From positions 3,115 to 67,114 of the forward strand of contig JAIPJT010000010.1 of NCBI GenBank assembly GCA_021733985.1: a stretch of 64,000 nucleotides of DNA, written 5' to 3'. Of the stretch, positions 28,528-36,441 are shown piece after piece. This DNA is from Victivallales bacterium. GTDB lineage: Bacteria; Verrucomicrobiota; Lentisphaeria; Victivallales; GWF2-38-69. The position numbers and the translations under genes are program-made. The notes below the pieces were generated by a model. That model ran no database searches and was not told the DNA's origin. It saw nothing but the letters and a program-made list of their open reading frames with translations. The first letter of the stretch is position 1, and each line of letters begins with the position of its first letter.

Positions 28528-28904
28528 GATTATAGATAACAACCTTTAATTATAATCTGCAGCTCAGCGTCTCCGATTTCCCTTCCTCCTGTTGATTGAT
28601 GTTGCAAACAACTTGCAAGTTACATCTATGGCTAAAACATTAATTGTTTATGACATAATGCAGAGCGGATTACATATATTTCCTCTCTGAGCCCATGGAT
28701 AAAAGCTTTTCTCCGGGGGGCCTGAATTAACTCCCGTCTGCATAATTTGGGTTAAACCAAATGTACTGGAAATTTGCACCTGCGCACGTGTTACAGCTAA
28801 ATAGTAGTAATAAGAAAGTTCACTATTGTAGTTCACCTTATCTACTACCTGAGCAATCAACTGAAGTTTTTGTCATATTTTAAAAATACGGATTAATAAG
28901 AACA

Positions 28905-29633
28905 ATGAACATCAATTATACTACTCCACGGCAGTTTTGTGAGGGAATTTCAGCACTGAACGAAGTTTCCGGACTAAATTACACTCGCCGACCTAAATAC
29001 AGATTCGATCCTAACGATACGGATTGGTGGTTAGTGCCCAGTACAGCCAACCCGCATTACAAATATGCAAAACTGGTTTTTTCACGGGATAATATAAAGA
29101 AAAGTATACTTACAGCCGGACTTCACATAGAAAAAGGACTGGATAAACAGGTAAAAGCTGTATACTCCTCAAAGAAAGCTTCTAATTTTATCATGGATGA
29201 AAGCTGGTACTGGAACAGATTTATTACTAAATTAAATGACAACTTTTTTTTTAAGATCCTGGAGAACCTGTTTACCGGCTTCCCCAGTATTAAAATTTCT
29301 ATTGACGGAGGTTATGTTTCTGAACCTACTAAATTTGATCCTTATCAGGAAAAAAAACTGGGATGGGACAAGTATATCTTTACATGGAAAAATGAAAATA
29401 TTGACAATCTGTTATTATCCGAAACAAAAAGGAATGCTTATATTTTAAAACTCCATCATATAAAATGTATAGAAGACCTCAGATACTTTTTATTAAAAAT
29501 AAGCAACGACCCATGGCTTTGGCTCAACCTGAATATAACCGTACCTTTCACAATCCATGATAAATCAACCATGACAGAAATTGACCTCTGGAACTGCTGT
29601 TTTAAAATATTGAATAAACTAATTAAAATCTGA
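28905..29633 (+). CDS. Hypothetical protein (Trp/Tyr-rich, no TM)
   Basis: 242-aa ORF, no family recognised. Confidence 0.5.
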   Translation: MNINYTTPRQFCEGISALNEVSGLNYTRRPKYRFDPNDTDWWLVPSTANPHYKYAKLVFSRDNIKKSILTAGLHIEKGLDKQVKAVYSSKKASNFIMDESWYWNRFITKLNDNFFFKILENLFTGFPSIKISIDGGYVSEPTKFDPYQEKKLGWDKYIFTWKNENIDNLLLSETKRNAYILKLHHIKCIEDLRYFLLKISNDPWLWLNLNITVPFTIHDKSTMTEIDLWNCCFKILNKLIKI

Positions 29634-30414
29634 GTTTATATATTAATCCCAGCAGCAGCAATAAGATCTCCATTGATTTTCCAATTATTCCAATATTCAC
29701 ACCATTAAGTAAATTCTTTTTCAGCAAATGGTGTTTAAGATTATAACCGATTATGGCAGATATAGAGAAGGCAAAAAGTGTCATACCAAAATATTCAATA
29801 CCAAACAGAGTACATAAAATAAAAGCAACCAGCATAATTTTTAAACTTGCCTTAGTTCCTCCGTGAATCAAATGTTCCCGGTCGGGAGAAAATTCGCAGT
29901 CTGTAGCCATGTAACCTTCTACGGAAAAAGTAAGAATATAGACTATAACAAGCCATTCAAATTCGTGATAATACACAAGTGCCCCGATGCAGAAAACACG
30001 AAGGATAAATACACCGGCAAATATATAATAGAACATAAATTCATTATGTTTATCGCTGCTGTCGTGCGGCTGAACATTTCTCCAGCTTTCAAATTTGCTG
30101 CTCAGGAAATTAACTAAATTACTTGAGTCACGACAATGCGTTAAAAACTCAAGTAAAATAAGAATTAAAATAGGACTTATAATAGTTGATACTAAAGTTC
30201 CTGCAAGAAAATATGATCCCCAGCCAATAAGATAAATAATAAGGCCGATAATAAGGCCAACTATTGGAATGAAACATAGAAGTGTAATATCTTCATCCTC
30301 AAAACCACTGTAATACGACCTGTTTTCCGGCAGCTGTATATCAAAAAACAAATTCCAGGCCTTTACAAAAGGCAATACAATATAATCTCCTAAAATATCT
30401 CTATCTTTTTTCAT
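29623..30414 (-). CDS. Polytopic integral membrane protein, function unknown
   Basis: 263 aa, about 6-7 hydrophobic helices. Start lies 2 nt after the stop of the upstream acyltransferase, which suggests an operon. The N-terminus is only vaguely CobS-like. Confidence 0.55.
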   Translation of the reverse strand: MKKDRDILGDYIVLPFVKAWNLFFDIQLPENRSYYSGFEDEDITLLCFIPIVGLIIGLIIYLIGWGSYFLAGTLVSTIISPILILILLEFLTHCRDSSNLVNFLSSKFESWRNVQPHDSSDKHNEFMFYYIFAGVFILRVFCIGALVYYHEFEWLVIVYILTFSVEGYMATDCEFSPDREHLIHGGTKASLKIMLVAFILCTLFGIEYFGMTLFAFSISAIIGYNLKHHLLKKNLLNGVNIGIIGKSMEILLLLLGLIYKLRF

Positions 30415-30415
30415 T

Positions 30416-31177
30416 TTAACTCCTGACGCAAATTTTTTTATATTCTTTATTCATATAATTGTAAATGTCCTTAGACAGTTTTTTTCTGTTCCTGCCGGCT
30501 ATTTCAACGGGTTCCAGAATATGGACTTCCGCATTAACTCGTTTTATTGCAAGTAACTTCCATACATGACCAAGCAGACTATCATCACCATACCATGGTA
30601 TTTCACTGCCTTCATTCCCGTTATAATGAACAAGCACAGGACAAAGTCTGATATTCTGGGTAACCGCTACATCAAAAACAGCAGATTTAAACTGCAAAAG
30701 ATCACCTTTCCCGTCTGAAGTTGTTCCTTCCGGAAAAACAACAAGCCTTGTTCCGTTTTTAATTGTATCAGCAAATTGTCTGACCACTTTTAGTGAATCC
30801 TGTTTAGAAGTTCTGTTAATCCAAATAGGCTGAGATATTCTAATGAACCACCCCAGAAAAGGCCAGGAGGCTATTTCTTTTTTGGGTGTAAATCTTATAG
30901 GAAAAACTGCTCCGAGCGTTATTATATCAACATAACTTAAATGGTTTGAAACCAGCATTCCTTTTATATTTTCAACACTGCCGAAGACTTTTATTTTTAA
31001 ACCGATTATTTTTGCAAGACCTCCACTCCATACCTTTTCCGCGAACGAAAGTCTTTTAATAAGGGCAGCTTTATTTTTCCTAAAATAAAGCAAATGAAAA
31101 GACAACCCGTAAAATGCCATCATAAAAAACCAGAAAAAAACACCGACAATTCGATATAAACGTCTTAAAATTTTCAT
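30416..31177 (-). CDS. Lysophospholipid/PlsC-family O-acyltransferase (OlsA/GlsA-like candidate)
   Basis: NHLSYVDIITLG (HX4D) and FPEGTTSDG motifs. Start moved to MKILRRLYR...; the GC-rich 43-codon extension in the ORF track looks non-coding. Confidence 0.75.
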   Translation of the reverse strand: MKILRRLYRIVGVFFWFFMMAFYGLSFHLLYFRKNKAALIKRLSFAEKVWSGGLAKIIGLKIKVFGSVENIKGMLVSNHLSYVDIITLGAVFPIRFTPKKEIASWPFLGWFIRISQPIWINRTSKQDSLKVVRQFADTIKNGTRLVVFPEGTTSDGKGDLLQFKSAVFDVAVTQNIRLCPVLVHYNGNEGSEIPWYGDDSLLGHVWKLLAIKRVNAEVHILEPVEIAGRNRKKLSKDIYNYMNKEYKKICVRS

Positions 31178-31379
31178 ATTAGCTATAACCTGATTCCGTG
31201 AGCTTTTTGCTGTGCTGCCGTGCCGGGGCGAAGAGCTTCGAAGCCCGGTAGATGCGCAGGCATTCAAACACGTAGTGCAGTAACTACTTAAGTGGTTTAA
31301 CGCCAAGTAGATACAATGCTAAAAAAAGCCCCTTGCGGGTTAATTTATAAAAAATATTCTTTTTACCTATAAATTGAAA

Positions 31380-31452
31380 TATTAAATTTTATATAAATTA
31401 TTCACTATAAATAAAATAAACCTATTTTTAAAAATTATCTGACGTATTCAGG
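31380..31452 (+). repeat. Repeat family D, copy 2
   Basis: 60/73 identical to 16842-16914. Confidence 0.75.
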
Positions 31453-31501
31453 TATAATTTTAAAACGATAAGTTACAAAAAACCGCTGCTATCTTTTGAT
31501 T

Positions 31502-31555
31502 TATACACAAGTGTATGCGATTTTATGATTTTTGTCCTTTGTAAATGAACTTGAA
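31502..31555 (-). repeat. Repeat family E, short form (core at 31503-31516)
   Basis: Reverse complement ttcaagttcatttacaaaggacaaaaatcataaaatcgcatacacttgtgtata closely matches 34715-34768. Confidence 0.8.
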
Positions 31556-31608
31556 AATTCACTTTATTTTTCGAAAACCATTTTGATTTCGGTATAAAAG
31601 TGATGAAT

Positions 31609-32436
31609 TTACTTCGAAGCTTTATAATTATAATGTTTTGCATATCTCTCAGGTACAGTATAGCTGTCGAGCAGTATCAGAAAATCAACAGTATGAAACT
31701 CAGGATCATATAGCGGCAGACCGCATACTTTTGTTCCCAGTCTTAAATAGCCTTTAAAAAGAGGCGGTACATACTCCCTCAGAGTATTCTTTATATTTTC
31801 TCTATATTTATCTATCTCTTTCTGAGGAGGTCTTTCCAATACATATCCCTGTTTAGGTGTACCTACAATCGTATCAGTCACCATGTTGTTTTCTTTTAAA
31901 TGTTCATATACAGCCCAGGTTGCAGCTGCATTATTTTTTTCAAGACTTACACAACCAAGTAGATAACGCAGTTTCGCGCGCATCATAAGTTCACCTATAC
32001 CACCCCACAGCAAAGCAACGGCTGCTCCTGTCCTGAACTCGGATAACACACAGGAACGCCCGACTTCCATAGTGAGATGGGCTATTTTATCAAGCCCCTC
32101 TATGTCATATTCGCCTGCAGAATAAAACCCCTGAGAACTGGATGCAGCAACATGCCCAAGGTGAATTCTATATGTTCCTACAGGCTCGTTTGTATGTTTA
32201 TTTAAAACAATCAGCTGCAGGCAATATTCATCAAATTCATCGAAATCAAGCTGTATACCGGATGCCTGTTCAAGCCCTTTACCCTGTTCTATATTGAAGA
32301 CATTGTATCTGAGCCTCAAGGTTTTCTGGATTTCTTCTTCTGTTTCAGCGATTTTTATCTGGAACTTTTCTGACTCAGCCAAAACAGTAGGATGAATTAT
32401 GTGACTTGGAAATTTTTTAAAGTCTAATTTATACAT
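31609..32436 (-). CDS. OlsB-family amino-acid N-acyltransferase (GNAT-like; lyso-aminolipid synthase)
   Basis: LRLRYNVF, DFDEFDEYCLQLIV, GTYRI, GFYSAGEYDI, EVGRSCVLSEFR, PPLFKGYLRLG, VDFLILLD. These match OlsB/GlsB family hallmarks as I remember them. Confidence 0.8.
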   Translation of the reverse strand: MYKLDFKKFPSHIIHPTVLAESEKFQIKIAETEEEIQKTLRLRYNVFNIEQGKGLEQASGIQLDFDEFDEYCLQLIVLNKHTNEPVGTYRIHLGHVAASSSQGFYSAGEYDIEGLDKIAHLTMEVGRSCVLSEFRTGAAVALLWGGIGELMMRAKLRYLLGCVSLEKNNAAATWAVYEHLKENNMVTDTIVGTPKQGYVLERPPQKEIDKYRENIKNTLREYVPPLFKGYLRLGTKVCGLPLYDPEFHTVDFLILLDSYTVPERYAKHYNYKASK

Positions 32437-32526
32437 AATAATCTGTTAGTTTATTCATTCCTTTGATGCTAATGGATGCAAAAAACGGCTTCCCTCTACA
32501 GTATACGCATATGTCGGCAGAGTACA

Positions 32527-32557
32527 AACCCTTTTCGTGTGACATCTAATTATTATA
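32527..32557 (-). repeat. Repeat family G, internally deleted copy
   Basis: Reverse complement ataataattagatgtcacacgaaaagggtt lacks the gacgtttcaggggag block. Confidence 0.55.
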
Positions 32558-32663
32558 GCTCTATTTTTCTAATTATAATATTTTTCTAATTATTTTGTAG
32601 CATAATATCTAATTTTTATCTAAAAAAACAACCTCTTATAAATTTTGTTTTGTACGCTGTTAA

Positions 32664-33674
32664 CTATATAAATTGGGATAGTATATCCTCTTTCTTGACA
32701 GATGTAGTTCCTATATGAGCCACCACAATACCTGCCGCATAGTTTGAAATCTCAGCAGCCTCTTTTGCAGAAGCACCCCCGAGTAATCCCATAGTATTAA
32801 CTGCAATGACAGTATCACCCGCACCTGTAACATCGAACACTTCTTTAGCAACAGTAGGAATATGGACAGGGGCACTACCTTTGTCAAAAAGCAGCATACC
32901 TCTGGGCCCTAATGTAATAAGTAACTGTTCAATATTCCATTCATCTTTTATTTTCTCCGCGACTCCCCGAACTGATATATCTTTATCAACGGGATCTGTT
33001 AAATCCTTAAGGTAAATTCCTGCCAGGGCAAATGCCTCAATATGGTTAGGCGTCATAAGTGTTAAACCTTCTGTGTTCATTTTATGAGATGGATGAGGAT
33101 CCAAAGACACAGGCAGGTTTTTCTTCTTCGCTTCCTTGATTACTTCATTTACCATATTTGAATCAAGAAGCCCTTTTGCATAATCCTCAAAAATTATTCC
33201 GTCAATTCTATCCGCTTTAATTCCGCTGATAAGTCTTTCTGTTATTATTTCTCTGTGGTTTTTAGTGACAGTTCCCTTATCTTCGTAATCAACTCTTGCA
33301 AGCTGCTGAGAATCAGCAATAATTCTCTGCTTTTCTATTGTTGTGTAAGCTGGATCAGATATAATATCTTCTGTTTCAATTGAATCTTCATACATCAGCT
33401 GTCGAAGCTTCTCTCCGTTCTCACCGGTGCCAATAATACCGTATGCGAGAGCCTTCCCGCCAAGAGAAACAATGTTGCGCATCACGTTTGCAGCCCCGCC
33501 GAGGCAGTGTGAAGTCCTGTTCACATGTACTACCGGTACAGGTGCTTCAGGAGATATTCTTGAAACCTTTCCCCACACATATACATCGAGCATTAAGTCG
33601 CCGACTACGGCAACTTTTTTCCCTTTTATATTATTAAGTATTTCTTCCGCCCTGCGTCTGCCCGTATATTTCAT
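32664..33674 (-). CDS. rfaE1: D-glycero-beta-D-manno-heptose-7-phosphate kinase (RfaE domain I, PfkB family)
   Basis: KVAVVGDLMLDVYVWGKVSRISPEAPVPVV and C-terminal DVTGAGDTV. Confidence 0.88.
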   Translation of the reverse strand: MKYTGRRRAEEILNNIKGKKVAVVGDLMLDVYVWGKVSRISPEAPVPVVHVNRTSHCLGGAANVMRNIVSLGGKALAYGIIGTGENGEKLRQLMYEDSIETEDIISDPAYTTIEKQRIIADSQQLARVDYEDKGTVTKNHREIITERLISGIKADRIDGIIFEDYAKGLLDSNMVNEVIKEAKKKNLPVSLDPHPSHKMNTEGLTLMTPNHIEAFALAGIYLKDLTDPVDKDISVRGVAEKIKDEWNIEQLLITLGPRGMLLFDKGSAPVHIPTVAKEVFDVTGAGDTVIAVNTMGLLGGASAKEAAEISNYAAGIVVAHIGTTSVKKEDILSQFI

Positions 33675-34452
33675 TTTTATTATATCTTTCTATAATTTTT
33701 TTATCCATTGTTCTACTCAGCATTTCGAGCAGAGATTTAACATATTTCTCTGCATCTAAAACTGCATTATTTTTATAATCTTCACAAAACTCAGGCCATA
33801 ACCTGACAATATAATTCATTTTATTCAAATTGCTTCTGACAGTTATAGTCTGATCGAGACTCATTCTTCTGCCGTATTTTCTCAGATAACTGGCTAACTC
33901 ATTTTCAGAAGAAAGGACCAGCTGTTTTAATCTGGCAATATCCTTATTATTGTCAGGAACTTTAAGCCCTCTTGTACGCCCCCTGACTATATCAATTTGC
34001 CTGCAGGCATACTGTCTTGCCGTAGCCAGACTTAGAGTTTTACTTTTTCTCAGCTCATAAGGCAGCCATAACATAATTAAAAATTCTGCTGCTAAAAGCA
34101 GAACTAGTAAAGCCCCTGCAAGATAGGATGAAAATGCAGCTTTTTTACTTCTTGGTATAACCTCCCTGATAATTGAGAAACGAAACTTTACGTCCCCCAA
34201 GGTAATGATATCATCATCCTGGAGTACTGCCGGCCACTTAAGCACTTCCTTATTATTTATTTCAATAAATGCAGAATGAGAAGCTGCAAGTCTATACTCC
34301 GGCATCTGCCGATAAAGCTCGGCATGAACAGGCAGAACATATTCAGATTTTACAACTAAATCACAGTCATCCCTGGAACCGATTTTTACTGTACCGGCAT
34401 AAATATTAACTTCAGAAGTCTCAGTATCAATTCTTTTTAATACATACGGCAT
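33634..34452 (-). CDS. FHA-domain protein with central transmembrane helix
   Basis: N-terminal FHA-like VKIGSRDDCDLVV...ITLGDVKFRF. TM segment LAGALLVLLLAAEFLIMLWL. 3' end overlaps the kinase gene by 41 nt. Confidence 0.65.
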   Translation of the reverse strand: MPYVLKRIDTETSEVNIYAGTVKIGSRDDCDLVVKSEYVLPVHAELYRQMPEYRLAASHSAFIEINNKEVLKWPAVLQDDDIITLGDVKFRFSIIREVIPRSKKAAFSSYLAGALLVLLLAAEFLIMLWLPYELRKSKTLSLATARQYACRQIDIVRGRTRGLKVPDNNKDIARLKQLVLSSENELASYLRKYGRRMSLDQTITVRSNLNKMNYIVRLWPEFCEDYKNNAVLDAEKYVKSLLEMLSRTMDKKIIERYNKNEIYGQTQGGRNT

Positions 34453-34714
34453 TTGACTGTACCCTAATATTTAAAACAAACTTTATAACACATGTATTTA
34501 TTTGATATTCAACAGAGTTGAATTAAGCATCGAATTCTTTATAAAAGTCTAAAAATAAGGACCGGTAGCGGTTTAAAACCTTATACATATAGCTCTTATT
34601 TATTATAATCTTTTTAAAGCAACAAATCTATACATAAAAATGTAGATTATATACCCAAAACGTTTTGGTTTATTTATCCGTATCGAATGATATGGTCCAA
34701 AAATAAAATGTATG

Positions 34715-34768
34715 TCCAAGTTCAGTTACGAAGGACAAAAACTATAAAACCGCATACACTTGTGTATA
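34715..34768 (+). repeat. Repeat family E, short form (core at 34754-34767)
   Basis: tccaagttcagttacgaaggacaaaaactataaaaccgcatacacttgtgtata. Confidence 0.8.
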
Positions 34769-34933
34769 TTATATCTTATTTTTAAATTCTTGAAATGTCT
34801 AAAACAAACATTTTTCCAACATTCAAAAAATATCAATCTAAGTAAAAAAATATAGTAGATTAAGCCGCATTCTATAATATACTATCTGTAGTAAAAGTAA
34901 TTTTTTCTAAAATTTTGAAAAGGTATTTGTTTT

Positions 34934-36169
34934 ATGAAACTTCCAAAACTTAATTTCAGTTTTCCAAAATTTAATAAAGAATTGATATTTAAAATTATCA
35001 ATATATTTTCTCTTATTCTCGCCGTTACTGCAATTATTTTAAGTATAATGCTCTTCAAAAAAAGGAAAGAACTGTTTGACTCAAACAAAAAAATGGCTAC
35101 TGCCATAAACCGGACCGCCGCAATTCTTGACAAGAAAAGCGGCACTGAAAACGCAGATATTATAACAGTATCTGCCGCCAGGAATTCATATAAAAATCAG
35201 ACTCCTCTAACAAAACTGCAAGCTCAGGCTTCAGAAATTATAAAACAGCGCAATTTACTCGGTGATACTCTCAAAAAGATAGCAAAATACACCCCAGATG
35301 CAAAAAGTATAGAACAAAAGGATTTCACAAATACAAAATCTTACAGTGTTTCTACAAAAGAATTATTAAAATCAGTCGATGATTTAGATAAACTCCATAA
35401 GGCTATACCAGGTTTTATTAAGGAACTGGCATCTTCACTGAAAGTAGAATTAAAAAACACAGATGAACTCAAAACTAATCCGAGGAGAGATAAATACAAA
35501 GCAGTCTTCAAAACTCTCTCTGCAGACGCGGAAAATTTAAATAGAAAATTGTCACAAAATAAAAAAGAACTGACTGCAGCAAAAAATCAACTTGGAAAAA
35601 CAAAAATAAAGCTGAATAAATTCAAAGATTTAGATGCAGATTATAAAGCATTGATAAAGTCCAAAGAAAGTCAGAACAATGCCCTCCTGCACAAAACTAA
35701 AAAACTCCAAAACCGCATAAACTCCTACAAAAATAAAATCAGAGAACTGAGGAGTTCTAAAAAAAAGCAAGCGGAGTTAAAGCAGAAAGTATTAGATTAT
35801 AATACATTACTACAAAAGGTTCATGGGGAGGTCAAAAAATATGATTCTAAATGGGGCAACGTAATAATTAATATCGGGAAAAATACTGAAGTAACAACAA
35901 AAATAAAGGGTAAAGAAAAAAAAGTAAAAGTTTCGATACCTATTAACAGTGAATTAATTGTCGCAAGAAACGACAAGTTTGTTGCAAGAATTAAAATCAA
36001 AAAAGTTTATGATAATTATTCTCTTGCAGTACTCAGCTTTCCTAAAAATGCTTCAATAAAACCAGGTGACTTTGTCTTCTTCCCAAGCATTACAGATTAT
36101 GAAAATAACAATATGCAGAAAAATATTGTGGACCAGGAGAAAGAAAAAAATGCAAATTCAGGAAAATAA
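34934..36169 (+). CDS. Membrane-anchored coiled-coil protein, function unknown
   Basis: N-terminal TM (IINIFSLILAVTAIILSIML), long Lys-rich heptad-like middle, beta-rich C-terminal domain. Confidence 0.6.
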   Translation: MKLPKLNFSFPKFNKELIFKIINIFSLILAVTAIILSIMLFKKRKELFDSNKKMATAINRTAAILDKKSGTENADIITVSAARNSYKNQTPLTKLQAQASEIIKQRNLLGDTLKKIAKYTPDAKSIEQKDFTNTKSYSVSTKELLKSVDDLDKLHKAIPGFIKELASSLKVELKNTDELKTNPRRDKYKAVFKTLSADAENLNRKLSQNKKELTAAKNQLGKTKIKLNKFKDLDADYKALIKSKESQNNALLHKTKKLQNRINSYKNKIRELRSSKKKQAELKQKVLDYNTLLQKVHGEVKKYDSKWGNVIINIGKNTEVTTKIKGKEKKVKVSIPINSELIVARNDKFVARIKIKKVYDNYSLAVLSFPKNASIKPGDFVFFPSITDYENNNMQKNIVDQEKEKNANSGK

Positions 36170-36172
36170 ACG

Positions 36173-36286
36173 ATGAAATTCAACTTTAAAATTATTTTTA
36201 ATATCCTGTCAGTGATCACATTTTTATGCCTTTTGATCACAGTTATACTGCAGTGTCTTGAGGCTTCTTACTTCCAAATGTTCTAA
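36173..36286 (+). CDS. Possible 37-aa single-TM micro-protein
   Basis: ATG lies 4 nt after the upstream stop. Sequence MKFNFKIIFNILSVITFLCLLITVILQCLEASYFQMF. Below the ORF-track cutoff. Confidence 0.3.
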   Translation: MKFNFKIIFNILSVITFLCLLITVILQCLEASYFQMF

Positions 36287-36441
36287 GTTGACAATATACA
36301 CTCCCCAACGTTTGTATTACCGGGCACCTCTGTTAAATTATCATGGTTTATCCCCTGATTTTTCGTTTTTTGCTTAACCCCGTGTTTATTTATAAATTAC
36401 ATAAATGCTCTAAATAACTTATATTATACAGGAAAAATAAA

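Noticed and set aside
28648-28860. 70-aa minus-strand ORF in the pgk-downstream spacer, considered as a gene or as a tmRNA tag region (…NYNSELSYYYYLAV…)
   Set aside because: No stop follows the tag-like peptide, there is no tRNA-like 3' end (no TTCGA...CCA), and I found no RBS. I also found no RNase P (GAGGAAAGTCC) or SRP (GGAAGCAGC) signatures in this spacer. It is left as unexplained non-coding DNA.
31178-31306. 43-codon N-terminal extension of the PlsC-like ORF (MALNHLSSYCTTCLNACASTGLRSSSPRHGS...)
   Set aside because: The extension lies in a GC-rich hairpin block with non-protein-like composition. The internal Met (MKILRRLYRIVGVFFWFF) gives the usual TM-anchored PlsC N-terminus.
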